Below the pieces are notes generated by a model. That model saw only the letters and a list, made by a program, of their open reading frames with translations, did no database searches and had not been told where the DNA came from. A stretch of DNA of 64,000 bases from a virus (Duplodnaviria > Caudoviricetes). The translations under genes were made by a program, and so were the position numbers. Where the stretch lies: positions 32,001-96,000 of IMG/VR virus record IMGVR_UViG_3300011989_000257; one strand, 5' to 3'. This document shows, piece by piece, positions 29,701-38,499 of the stretch (positions are counted from its first letter, which is position 1; the number at the start of each line of letters is the position of its first letter).

Positions 29701-30279
29701 ATGATTGAAATTATCATTGGTTTTTTTAATCAAATCACAAGTAGATAATTCTAGGCCGTAACTGAATATAGAATTGGTATAAGTTCCAGGATTACCACTG
29801 TCCAAATCACCCTTATAGCCTATTCGTTTATTATTTGTTACACCATCATTTGACTCAGAATAGTGTATTGACGTACCACCACCGTCACTATATACTGACG
29901 TACTCTCAAACCTCATGTTTGGCATCCATCTATCCAACAATCCAAGAGGGTCTTGATATGGGTCTGCAAACCTTACGGTTGGTACTTCCTTATAGAATGT
30001 GAATTTAGGGCATCCATATATGCCGCCACCATACATCATACTAGGAACACTAACCCCTTGTTGGAAATTCCTCCTAACATGGTCAAACATGAATGGGTAG
30101 TCCTTTCCCAACAAACTGATAGGCTCACGTCCAAGCATTTGCACAATGAACATGATATCATCATATGAACTGTTCATACCTATTGTCCTAGATATGAAAT
30201 CACTGTTCGTCAATAAGTCCGAAGCAGCATTCTTTATAGCATTGCCTATATTCTTCAAGCTAGCGTCCTTGACATTCAT
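26731..30279 (-). CDS. baseplate/tail-tube initiator-like protein with inserted OmpA-like domain
   Basis: FNEDVSVEWNGNKFIGRGEQIYT and PPVCVLRLGDFFNTKIII tube-initiator-like segments; FTGHAS...NNTLARNRAET OmpA_C-like motif. Confidence 0.65.
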   Translation of the reverse strand: MNVKDASLKNIGNAIKNAASDLLTNSDFISRTIGMNSSYDDIMFIVQMLGREPISLLGKDYPFMFDHVRRNFQQGVSVPSMMYGGGIYGCPKFTFYKEVPTVRFADPYQDPLGLLDRWMPNMRFESTSVYSDGGGTSIHYSESNDGVTNNKRIGYKGDLDSGNPGTYTNSIFSYGLELSTCDLIKKTNDNFNHGKYNTLIARFHTNSDDSKSGGNNTQTAKSNTYGMSHGRNLLKITPTTENGYDNPYCRVWTYHHQYNQISRMIRPFGDISSAEQLEKNETSMGSPSVGFRTVGSADFDGGSTRLDKYGVLNYRNGFVNIAPTAKIKDYFDGKEDDENAVSIKKCMFSIENLAWRDSKMKMGTYDQQGLSAEQKGPLGGRIMWFPPYDLQFNEDVSVEWNGNKFIGRGEQIYTHTNTERRGNLSFTLLIDHPSILDYWTGHKRNGMKNNGRQLSEGNGGGVDNVYNQENTLLRFFAGCDVLTAKPQDYYLRKEEPKEEEKKDPTPEPEVPGVEETPTKTKKQIQVLLFYPNNYSGVDDNGGTVNPIYYLMNGIGTQRRYDEVLKTYTDVAADVTHKAYYKGNVVGGYETQANVGVSLVTSGDVLSPNYSVISGTYGSETAQYLTDKDGNKVDASYEDGEPTFGKPYLCKIIGSKALGLSKAKGNEPGGVSKNVTGPKHLWYRRRYYYRVDKDYENQEFSRPESYIDGKSYGLNRSGFANVRKHSNVIDKFGIKDDSDTSRLISFTDLFLGLEGLKDDQNITGGSKGYNAIDCVSEPDMNLVKEVFTNKEKYSDIEIDFTGHASYQGSGTTNNTLARNRAETFKYWINNLKLDNIKFGTTNIINQPKKTEINVGGQDDEMPKIWRSASVTIKYNELSVSNAVETKSVVQTDKDGNPMVDKDNNNMVLNKVDKKEIPNGQTSNMWNNLFLSKGNNGKTILQNTIDAYNNVVGNNIDEKKKDDTSNEITVTGGVGRYDNEGEFFELLDKEAPFLHHLISEKIRYFDPAFHSISPEGFNARLTFLHQCTRQGPTIEHGNPNQVTAYNLAFGRPPVCVLRLGDFFNTKIIINSLNIQYETPQWDLNPEGIGVMPMFAKVSLQFTFLGGSDLSGPIARLQNAVSFNYYANASVYDNRAEMVEYAPDGSGRPTKFKGYVYPNLQHRKAEVGESSLEKLNEILDKYNKK

Positions 30280-30326
30280 AATATTTTAAAAAATAATTTA
30301 TATTCTATCTTATTTAAATACTAAAT

Positions 30327-32909
30327 TTAACCTTTACCGTATACACCAGTTTGTGCTGGGAAGTTAGCCATTGTAGCCAAATCACTCAAGTACTTACCAC
30401 CATTAATATCCCTATTGATGGATTCCTTAATCATATTCTTAATCTGTGTCATGAATGCATAGTCATTAAGTAATTCACGACCATCGATAGACTTGGAATA
30501 ATTTCCAGCATCTAGCCTCAATGTTCCACTTATATTAATGTTGAAATCTTTAACTGTAATTGTATTGCCATTTACATTTGAAGTCTCACTCCTATTTGGC
30601 TTATAGATATACTCTGGATTTTCTCCAAGTGGCTTTGGTTTGACAACGGTATCACCAAATACTGCATTGAATTGTTGTGGAGTGATTACAGCTTCTCCAC
30701 TGTTTGCCAATATTGGTACTTTATCTCCACTGTATGAGTTTCCTCCAATAACGCCACCTTTAGCATGCTTTTCACTACCCCCAAAGAAATCTCCTATAAT
30801 TTTTGTTGGAGACCAATCTTTGCCAAATAGTTTACCAATCCCTTCAGCAACCCAAGCAATTGGGTTGTTGTCAAATAGCCATTTACCAAATTTAAATATT
30901 GTTCCGAATGCCGATTTACCTATTTCCCACACAGATTTTGCACCATCACTAAGCCATTTCCAAGCAGAGGTTGCCCCATCAACAACAACATCCCAACCTT
31001 TTGATATTGTATCTGTAATTTCACCCCAATGTTCACCAACAAATCTTCCAGCAAAATCACCAAGGAAACCTCCAATTGCAGCACCAATAGGTCCTCCAAC
31101 AACTGCCCCAAGAGCAGTTCCAACAGCTGTTCCTATTCCAGCCCCTCTATCTGCGTTATTGTCTGCTGTAATAGCATTATATGTACCAATACCAACACCA
31201 AGTCCAGCTCCTCCAAGAGTTAGGGCTTTAGCCCCTCTGCTTAATGCGCCAAATGATTGGAATGGAGCTTTAATAGCAGACATTACTCTTCCACTACTAC
31301 CCCTATTCATACTATAAGCAGCTCTATTGTTAAGAAACATTCCTTTCGAAGCGTCCCATATGCTTCTTCCTAGCCACTTACCACCACGTCCTATTGCGTT
31401 TGCAGCACCTCTAGCAGCCTTTCCTCCAAGTCCCTTACTCATTCCGAGGCTATTAGCCATCCCGAATAGTTTCTTTGCAGCTAAAACACCAAGTAGTATT
31501 TTCCAATGTTCTGTTGCAAATTTAAGAAAACCTATTACATGACTTATAAACGATTTAATTGGTTCTTTGTGTTCCTTAAGCCAATCATAAGCGCCACGAA
31601 CAGATTCACCAACATTCTTTGCCAAAGGCTCTAACTTGTTTTTAGCCCAAGCCCCAAATTGTTTTAAGTCCCCTTGCATTTTAGGGAAAAGTCCTTCAAC
31701 AAATTTAGCGAACATTGCCTTAATAGACTCTTTAATTCCAGTCAATATCTCATTAATTGATGAAAGACTTCTAGCATTCTCTTCCATAATATCACGGTCA
31801 GACATACCTTGGTATTTCATCATTTCCTCAATGACAGATTTATCAATAGTTCCACCACTACTTAAGTCAACTTTCTTACCTCCAGTTGTTGTAAACATAA
31901 CTTTCCCATTCGCAACATCTGACTTGTTAATTAAGAAGTCTTTCTGTTCTTGGGTAAGTCCAGCCATCACACTAGAACTTATATGACTCTCCTTATATGC
32001 ATTTGATGCTTGCTTCTTTGCACTACCAACCAATTCATCTGGACTCATTCCCATTGCCTTTGCAGCATTCCTAAGCATATCCATCATCACTGGGTCAACC
32101 GTTGCAATTCCCTTCTGTGCATCGAACTTTGCACTGCCTTGAGCCATTTTGACCAATCTGTTCATCAATGCCTCTGGGTCTGCATTCGCTTCATATGCCA
32201 TGTCAAGTAGGTTTCCTCCAAACATTGCAAACTGTCCACCAAGCATATTCAGTCTTGCTGAAGCCTCTATTGCCGAGTCAATTTCCATAAATGCGTTAGC
32301 TGCTTGCTCAACTGAATTCAAACTCATCCCAACCTTTTCAGCTTGCATTGCCATACGAGTTAAGCCATCAATACCAGTACGGAATGAAAGCTTATTTGCC
32401 ATGCTCAAATTATTGGCAATCTTCTCACTAACTTTCTGAGCATTAAGTCCACTCTTCGCAGCACTTGCATAAGCCTTGGACACAGCACCTTGAACAGTAT
32501 TGAGTTGTCCTCCCATACCATTCATCATTTCCTCAGTGAACTTGGTGACTGTGCTAGAACCAACAAGTTTGTTTAATTGTAAGAAACCTTCAGCTTGTGA
32601 TTCATTGAGCATTAATTGTCTGCTAGTGGCAACAGATATATTCCTCTGTAATTCCCTTACTTGTTCAGCAGCAACGCCATATTTCATCGCAAGCTTCTCA
32701 GTACGGTCAGTTAATACCTCAGTATAGGCTTGCGCTTCCTTGGCGTTCATACCCATCTCACGAGCAAATGCAATACCTTCTTGATGGAACTGCATAGCAC
32801 CTTGAGTACCACTCTTTATGAGGGTATTAAGGTAGTTGAAGGCACTTGCAAGAGTGCCACGTATGATACCAGCTGTGGCTATTAAAGTATTCGCTAATAA
32901 CGTATTCAT
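30327..32909 (-). CDS. tape measure protein
   Basis: 860 aa, Ala/Gly-rich helical, Trp-periodic region, HAKGG...GDKVPILANSGEAVIT motif; lies between chaperones and baseplate genes. Confidence 0.8.
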   Translation of the reverse strand: MNTLLANTLIATAGIIRGTLASAFNYLNTLIKSGTQGAMQFHQEGIAFAREMGMNAKEAQAYTEVLTDRTEKLAMKYGVAAEQVRELQRNISVATSRQLMLNESQAEGFLQLNKLVGSSTVTKFTEEMMNGMGGQLNTVQGAVSKAYASAAKSGLNAQKVSEKIANNLSMANKLSFRTGIDGLTRMAMQAEKVGMSLNSVEQAANAFMEIDSAIEASARLNMLGGQFAMFGGNLLDMAYEANADPEALMNRLVKMAQGSAKFDAQKGIATVDPVMMDMLRNAAKAMGMSPDELVGSAKKQASNAYKESHISSSVMAGLTQEQKDFLINKSDVANGKVMFTTTGGKKVDLSSGGTIDKSVIEEMMKYQGMSDRDIMEENARSLSSINEILTGIKESIKAMFAKFVEGLFPKMQGDLKQFGAWAKNKLEPLAKNVGESVRGAYDWLKEHKEPIKSFISHVIGFLKFATEHWKILLGVLAAKKLFGMANSLGMSKGLGGKAARGAANAIGRGGKWLGRSIWDASKGMFLNNRAAYSMNRGSSGRVMSAIKAPFQSFGALSRGAKALTLGGAGLGVGIGTYNAITADNNADRGAGIGTAVGTALGAVVGGPIGAAIGGFLGDFAGRFVGEHWGEITDTISKGWDVVVDGATSAWKWLSDGAKSVWEIGKSAFGTIFKFGKWLFDNNPIAWVAEGIGKLFGKDWSPTKIIGDFFGGSEKHAKGGVIGGNSYSGDKVPILANSGEAVITPQQFNAVFGDTVVKPKPLGENPEYIYKPNRSETSNVNGNTITVKDFNINISGTLRLDAGNYSKSIDGRELLNDYAFMTQIKNMIKESINRDINGGKYLSDLATMANFPAQTGVYGKG

Positions 32910-32975
32910 GTATTATAATATACCTATTTAATTTATACATAAATATGATATTTATCATTTTTTAACAATTAATTC

Positions 32976-33006
32976 TTTGTCAATCCTAAATTATTTCGTA
33001 TCTTTG
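32976..33006 (+). promoter_or_regulatory. Bacteroidota primary-sigma promoter of inverted island
   Basis: TTTG-N19-TATCTTTG. Confidence 0.8.
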
Positions 33007-33030
33007 CATTAGAATTAAAAAATAAATGTT

Positions 33031-33183
33031 ATGAGATTTTACGAAGAATGGGGAGGATTTATTTGGGAATATAACTCTTTTTGGGAGTACATTCAAGCAT
33101 TAATTGGAAGAGTCCTTGGTACTATCATTGGGCTTGCAATTGTAATTGGAGGATTATATCTAATTGGTAAATACTGTGGTTGA
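33031..33183 (+). CDS. small single-pass membrane protein (50 aa)
   Basis: MRFYEEWGGFIWEYNSFWEYIQALIGRVLGTIIGLAIVIGGLYLIGKYCG*, first gene after the promoter. Confidence 0.65.
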   Translation: MRFYEEWGGFIWEYNSFWEYIQALIGRVLGTIIGLAIVIGGLYLIGKYCG

Positions 33184-33185
33184 TT

Positions 33186-33602
33186 ATGGAGGTTACTAGT
33201 AATACAATTTATTTCTCCTTCCATCTTTATAACTTTGATTATTTTGGTAACTACTTGCCAGCGCCCAATTTCAAAGTTAGACATTCTTTCAAGACTTTGG
33301 GCTATTTTTCTTGCGAGTATGATGAGGATGGGCGCATGTTCAACCAAACGATTGAGGTCAGTGATAACTACGATTATACAGAATCTCAGTTGAGGGACAT
33401 CATTGTACACGAAATGATTCACTACTACCTTGCATATGAAGGAATTGACCCACAATGTCATCACGGCAAGGAATTCATTGAAATGGCTGAAAAATTCAAT
33501 AAAATGTATGGCATGAACATAACGCCAACAATTGACCTCACGCCATATAATATTAAAAAGGGAAAATCAAAATTAATGTTTACACTTTCAACACTATTCT
33601 GA
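33186..33602 (+). CDS. SprT-like zinc metalloprotease
   Basis: FNxxYF-like N-terminus, LGYF, IIVHEMIHY, HGKEF. Confidence 0.8.
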   Translation: MEVTSNTIYFSFHLYNFDYFGNYLPAPNFKVRHSFKTLGYFSCEYDEDGRMFNQTIEVSDNYDYTESQLRDIIVHEMIHYYLAYEGIDPQCHHGKEFIEMAEKFNKMYGMNITPTIDLTPYNIKKGKSKLMFTLSTLF

Positions 33603-33629
33603 TATTTATATTGGAATAGTGTTTTTATT

Positions 33630-34295
33630 ATGAATATTAATTACAAAAGAATTATAAGGGAAGAAATAAACAGACTGATATTATCTGAAGCAATTGATGC
33701 TTCTCCATTGGCTAAATATATGCAGCCATTGAAGAAATATGCTGAAGATATAAAAAATTTGGGTTTTACCAAAAACAAGGAAATAGATGCATTCCTTAAT
33801 GATTTATGCACATATATATTCCAAGTTATATTTGCTATAGACAGATGTGTTAAAGCAAATAGTTTGAATGAGGATTTCAGACTGAGTGATTATGGCGTAC
33901 AATACCCAAGTGAATTAGGTAGTAATCTATGGAATGACTTCGAAAATGGTCTCTATAAAGGTGCAAATTGGGCTAGAGGACAACTATATAAAAGAGGATA
34001 CATTGGCAATAACGGCAATGGTGCTAATGCAAATGGGGATGGTGCTAATGCAAACGGAAATACAAATACAAACCAAGACAACAGCAATCCAAACAACATA
34101 CCAAGTGTTAAATTATCAGAATTAGTGAACAACAGCTATGCGCAGATATCACTTAGATTCCAAGGGCTAGCAAGTAAATATCCAAATGAGCTTTCTAGTC
34201 ATAGCAATATCATAATTGATGCTTTACAAAGTATAAACCAAGTGAAAAGAGAATACATGGCAATACAGCAAAACGCCCAAGGTACGAACCCTTGA
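33630..34295 (+). CDS. putative head-internal (cargo) protein
   Basis: Late motif GATATTTATA at 33601; N-terminus KRIIREEINRLILSE/A; internal LNE; Asn/Gly-rich linker. Confidence 0.55.
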   Translation: MNINYKRIIREEINRLILSEAIDASPLAKYMQPLKKYAEDIKNLGFTKNKEIDAFLNDLCTYIFQVIFAIDRCVKANSLNEDFRLSDYGVQYPSELGSNLWNDFENGLYKGANWARGQLYKRGYIGNNGNGANANGDGANANGNTNTNQDNSNPNNIPSVKLSELVNNSYAQISLRFQGLASKYPNELSSHSNIIIDALQSINQVKREYMAIQQNAQGTNP

Positions 34296-34303
34296 GCGTT
34301 TTT
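34270..34303. terminator. bidirectional terminator
   Basis: AAAACGCCCAAGG...CCTTGAGCGTTTTT between convergent genes. Confidence 0.65.
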
Positions 34304-34305
34304 GT

Positions 34306-34572
34306 TTATAATCCCATTTCTTCTGCAATATCATTCCCATCAAGTCCTTGACTCATGCTTGTGAACTTAGAAATGTCATGTGTTGAAGAGCCTCCTTCAT
34401 TTCCACTCATTGCATCATTTCTTGCCTCCATATACTCATTATATTTATGCATGTAGTATTTCCTATCCATCACTGGCATTTTCATCAGTGCCTCATATGG
34501 AATCTTCACATACATATGGCAAGCGAATAGTTCATCCTTAAGATTTCTCTCCGCCATCGGAGATATTGAGGA
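34306..34572 (-). CDS. gp51-like / tail assembly chaperone C-terminal part (probably expressed by frameshift from the upstream gene)
   Basis: LKDELF...IPYEALMKMPVMDRKYY pattern; overlaps the 3' end of 34538..35857; its ATG at 34557 lacks A-rich context. Confidence 0.55.
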   Translation of the reverse strand, partial: SSISPMAERNLKDELFACHMYVKIPYEALMKMPVMDRKYYMHKYNEYMEARNDAMSGNEGGSSTHDISKFTSMSQGLDGNDIAEEMGL

Positions 34573-35857
34573 AAACAGAATCGTCCCAGTTAAGAAAGGT
34601 CTTAAATGAGCCACCTCCAAGACTCTCAGGTCTCTCAACCTCAATGTTAAAGTCAATTCCAGGTCTGTTATCATTTATATACTTTCTTAGCATCAATGAA
34701 TCCCTTGCTGGCATTGAATTGATATATTTCCTAATATATTCTCTATCAGTATTTCCATTGACTGCTACAATTTGTAATTGCATTGCGTTTGTCATGATTC
34801 TAGTGAATTTGGATTCATTTGCCTTTTTTAATTTCTCTGACCATTTTTCGATTACTGATGCAGCAGCCTTAATCACCTTCTTATCGTTTTCAGCGATATA
34901 TTCGTCACCAACCAATGCAGCAAGAAGAGTCTCTTTTTCCTCATTAAGCATGAATGCTTTTGTGCCAAGACTTTCAAGTTCAGTTACTTTCTTAAGTTGT
35001 TTCTCTTGTTTTCTAGTAAGATAACGGAACTTAATCACATCCTTCTTGATTGGAGTTATATATTCAAACCATCCATTCTCATCACCAACAAGAGTAAATT
35101 CCTTTGGCTTAAGTGTTGTAAGGTCAACAACTGATTCAATCTGTTCTCCAGTCTCTGGGTCTGACACCACAATTGGGAAATCAGGACCGTAACTAGTTGC
35201 TCTCAAGAACAATACAATTGCATCGATGTCACCACTAACAAGGTCATCAACATTAATTTCCTTATTCATAATCTTATTTTTAAGTAAGAAATCAATAACA
35301 AGTCCATCCTTATACAAGTTTGGTGACATGATTATATTTTCATCATATGCTGTTAAATAAGCAACTGGCAATCTATCCATCTTATTCCTATAGCATTGAC
35401 CATTGCTAGGCAACTGAATCACATCATACTGCACTGATGGGTCTGTATCATTAAATGTTGTTTCCGTAGCTATTGTGGTTTCACTAGGCACTAGATTATC
35501 CTCACTCCAAGGAATCTCTTCTTCAGTCTCCATCGGTATTGTTTCTTGTTTATTCTTCTCATTCTCATTCAAGATATCGAATATTGACATGTCGGTATCA
35601 CCAAACAAATCATCTTGTTTGACTTCTTTTTTCTTGGATGACAATGATGTTTTCTTCTTAGAATCTTCAGGAACTGCACTAGGGTCAATCATCTTTATGT
35701 GGTCGATAACCTCTTGTCTTGCTCTCTCAATCTGTTCCACAGCGGTTTTACTCCCCTTTTCCTTAGCCTCCTCCTTGGTTTTCTTTAACATCTCATTGTT
35801 GGCAAGCAACATTTTAATCTGGTTTTCTTGTTCCTCTGTTAACTTCTTTTTAGCCAT
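34538..35857 (-). CDS. T4 gp26-like baseplate hub assembly / tail assembly chaperone
   Basis: YDVIQLPSNG, YLTAYDENI, GDIDAIVLFLRATSYG, MPARDSLMLRKYI..PGIDF. Confidence 0.75.
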   Translation of the reverse strand: MAKKKLTEEQENQIKMLLANNEMLKKTKEEAKEKGSKTAVEQIERARQEVIDHIKMIDPSAVPEDSKKKTSLSSKKKEVKQDDLFGDTDMSIFDILNENEKNKQETIPMETEEEIPWSEDNLVPSETTIATETTFNDTDPSVQYDVIQLPSNGQCYRNKMDRLPVAYLTAYDENIIMSPNLYKDGLVIDFLLKNKIMNKEINVDDLVSGDIDAIVLFLRATSYGPDFPIVVSDPETGEQIESVVDLTTLKPKEFTLVGDENGWFEYITPIKKDVIKFRYLTRKQEKQLKKVTELESLGTKAFMLNEEKETLLAALVGDEYIAENDKKVIKAAASVIEKWSEKLKKANESKFTRIMTNAMQLQIVAVNGNTDREYIRKYINSMPARDSLMLRKYINDNRPGIDFNIEVERPESLGGGSFKTFLNWDDSVFLNISDGGEKS

Positions 35858-35867
35858 ATTGTTTCCA

Positions 35868-36482
35868 TTAATTATCTACTAAACTTATTTTTTCTACAAA
35901 CAACACAAATGATGTCTTGTCCATTATATCCATAATTCTGCAATCTTCAAAAATCGCATATGTGTCTTGATTTGCCTTATTTTTGAAATGTATTTTCAAG
36001 TTTCTCTTAGGTTCTTTCGCCAATACCCAATCCTCACCCAACTGGTCCTTATATTTATTAATACTATTATGTTCTCTAGTCCATAAGGATAACTCAGTTT
36101 CAAATTCTTCCTCAGATGTGTCCAAGTCGAAATCAATGATTTCTAGAAATTGTTTTTGAGATGCAAACTTTGATATAATGCTATCAACAGTATCCTCTTC
36201 ACCACTGATATCTGACAATATACCTTCACACTTCGAAAAAGCCACTTTATCTTCGCTCTGAGACGTTTTCTGTCCAAACTTGTATGTGTGGCCATCAGAA
36301 CCTTGAACGAGGCTTCCTGTGCCGTTTTTAGCAGCCAAGACAGAATTATATACAATATCCTTACTTTCATTGAAATTCTTTGACATGGCATTCGAATACT
36401 CGTCTTCACTATAGTAATCGTTACTTACATCAAAGTTTCCATCATTATAATCATAGTAAGGTAAAAATAGCGTAACTTTCAT
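35868..36482 (-). CDS. hypothetical protein (tail operon)
   Basis: 204-aa ORF. Confidence 0.6.
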   Translation of the reverse strand: MKVTLFLPYYDYNDGNFDVSNDYYSEDEYSNAMSKNFNESKDIVYNSVLAAKNGTGSLVQGSDGHTYKFGQKTSQSEDKVAFSKCEGILSDISGEEDTVDSIISKFASQKQFLEIIDFDLDTSEEEFETELSLWTREHNSINKYKDQLGEDWVLAKEPKRNLKIHFKNKANQDTYAIFEDCRIMDIMDKTSFVLFVEKISLVDN

Positions 36483-36494
36483 AAACTCGATTTT

Positions 36495-37037
36495 TCATTT
36501 TATCTTATTAATATGCCTCTTATTCTTCTTTTCCTTAATGGTAATCTTTTTATCTTGAATATATAGTCTTTTCTTTAGTTCGTCCATTACCATCTCTGGA
36601 TTTTCACGAATATCTTTCTCCCAAATCCTAATGAGTGGTATTCCATGCAATAACGCCCATTTGTCCTTGTATTCATCAACTCTTTTATTATGCTTCTGCA
36701 TGGGATTAAGTTTTCCTTCTTCAACAACTCTTGGGTCACTATGGTAATATCCACCATCAATCTCAATTAGAATCATATTTCCCGTTGTCATTTCATCATT
36801 AAGAATAATGGCAAAATCGTAAAACCTACCAATATCCTTTGCCTCAAACTGATAGATGTATTTTATGCCTAACTTATCTAAGAAATCCCTAGCAAAATCC
36901 TCTTCAAGTTTTGATGTCCCATATTTCTGGTGATGTGGACGTACAACCCCTCTAGTTTTTTTTACCTTTGAGGCTGTACGTTTCTTTGTTTTATTTTTGA
37001 CTATGGAAGTTTTTTCTTTCTTAGTGGGCTGTTTCAT
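36495..37037 (-). CDS. Vsr/DUF559-like endonuclease with basic N-terminus
   Basis: TSKLEE, FYDF, LIEIDGGYYH, DEYKDKWA..HGIPLIRIWE. Confidence 0.8.
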   Translation of the reverse strand: MKQPTKKEKTSIVKNKTKKRTASKVKKTRGVVRPHHQKYGTSKLEEDFARDFLDKLGIKYIYQFEAKDIGRFYDFAIILNDEMTTGNMILIEIDGGYYHSDPRVVEEGKLNPMQKHNKRVDEYKDKWALLHGIPLIRIWEKDIRENPEMVMDELKKRLYIQDKKITIKEKKNKRHINKIK

Positions 37038-37728
37038 AGCTTGTTTCAGTATAATTTATTGTCAAAAGGATATACGATGTGCCATCTGATTCGTTATCCA
37101 ATGAAGTTCTTTTAACATCAGTTATCAAACAACCATGAAAACGTTCAGCGTACAATAAATTTCCTTTTGTATCAAAATGCTCAATAGATATTGGAAATCT
37201 ATCATCATATTTCATCTTCGAAACATCAGCAATAATTGGTCTAGGCTTACCATCTTTCATATAAACATAATCATCAATCTTAATTATAATCTGGTTTCCA
37301 GATACTGATGCATAATCAACACTCTTAACTACAGATGATGGAATATGAACACCACCATCAAAATTTACCTTAAACTTATTGCTAACAATACTTTTTATCT
37401 CATATAAATTTTTATAATTAAGATGATTATATGGCGTGTCATAAGATGCATAATCTGATAAAGAATCAATCTTTTTAACTGGTTTCTTTACTTTATCATA
37501 AAAAGAATATACAGTAGATTCTTTGTCCTTTTTCTTTGAACCAATTTCAATTTCACTTTTCAAAGCATTGATTCTATTTTCTGTATCGCCTATCATTGTT
37601 TTAATTGCATCTATAGTATTTGCATTACTATTCTTTTCTAACGCTTCAATCAATGACTTATTCAGCATTGAATACTCACACATTTTTGTTTTTAATTCAC
37701 TCTTTAGTCTTTCCATAATTTCATACAC
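37021..37728 (-). CDS. tail tube protein paralog with N-terminal coiled coil
   Basis: NKFKVNF...IEHFDTKG...FHGCLITDV...LDNESD...ILLTINY aligns with tube protein NRWLLRF...LEMLDPTG...LKNVMVTDA...LDYSSD...ITMTLQM. Confidence 0.6.
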   Translation of the reverse strand: MYEIMERLKSELKTKMCEYSMLNKSLIEALEKNSNANTIDAIKTMIGDTENRINALKSEIEIGSKKKDKESTVYSFYDKVKKPVKKIDSLSDYASYDTPYNHLNYKNLYEIKSIVSNKFKVNFDGGVHIPSSVVKSVDYASVSGNQIIIKIDDYVYMKDGKPRPIIADVSKMKYDDRFPISIEHFDTKGNLLYAERFHGCLITDVKRTSLDNESDGTSYILLTINYTETSYETAH

Positions 37729-37808
37729 TTTTTTTAAAAAATAAAAAATAAACGTCTAAAATAAATATAAAACATAATAAAAGTTAAAACAATAGTGTGT
37801 AGATATAC

Positions 37809-37841
37809 AAAAATGAGCAGCCAATCACGGTTGCTCATTTT
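37809..37841 (-). terminator. intrinsic terminator after tail tube gene
   Basis: AAAATGAGCAGCC-AATCAC-GGTTGCTCATTTT. Confidence 0.75.
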
Positions 37842-37874
37842 ATTTTAAATTCCAATAACTGCTTGATAAACAGA

Positions 37875-38363
37875 TTAATATGCCAATATAGCATAATCCA
37901 TCTGTAATGTCATTGTAATCTCCGCAAGGTCATCTGAAGAATAGTCAAGATTTCCGAAATCTGCGTCAGTAACCATTACATTCTTAAGAATCCATTTAGA
38001 AACAACAACACCAGTTGGGTCAAGCATTTCAAGCTCAACATCACGCTTATAACCAGCCGCATATCCTTGACGACCAGTAACTGATTCAGAATGAAGACGA
38101 ACCCACTCCATAACAGCTTGTGAAGCAGAAGGACCGATTGGGTCTCTCAATGTTACTTGGATTGTAGCCCACTTGTATCTTCCAACAACATATGTTTCAG
38201 TGTTCAAGAACTCAATTGCCTTTCCTTCTTGCTGGATATGTGGTCTTGAAGCACTCTTGCACCACCATTCTTGAATACCCAAGTCAGCTGGGAATCTTAA
38301 CAACCATCTATTTTTTCTTAGTGGCTCATAGTTTAATGGCATTTTCAAAAGTAAATCACTCAT
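37875..38363 (-). CDS. tail tube protein, T4 gp19-like
   Basis: YEPLRKNRW, SASRP, YVVGRYKW, TLRDPI, GYKRD, WIL, FGNLDY. Confidence 0.9.
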   Translation of the reverse strand: MSDLLLKMPLNYEPLRKNRWLLRFPADLGIQEWWCKSASRPHIQQEGKAIEFLNTETYVVGRYKWATIQVTLRDPIGPSASQAVMEWVRLHSESVTGRQGYAAGYKRDVELEMLDPTGVVVSKWILKNVMVTDADFGNLDYSSDDLAEITMTLQMDYAILAY

Positions 38364-38450
38364 TTTCTTAATATTTTTTTAATCTAGATTATTTTATCTT
38401 CTTTTATTTTTAATATAAATATACTATTTTATAATTTTTATAATGAAATA

Positions 38451-38482
38451 TTTGTTTTTTAGAAAAAAAATATATATCTTTG
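38451..38482 (+). promoter_or_regulatory. Bacteroidota primary-sigma promoter of second inverted island
   Basis: TTTG-N20-TATCTTTG. Confidence 0.8.
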
Positions 38483-38499
38483 CTCAAAACTAATGATAA

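Noticed and set aside
34018-34058. 21-bp tandem repeat (GANANG units)
   Set aside because: Two-copy coding duplication in a low-complexity linker; no evidence of a separate function.
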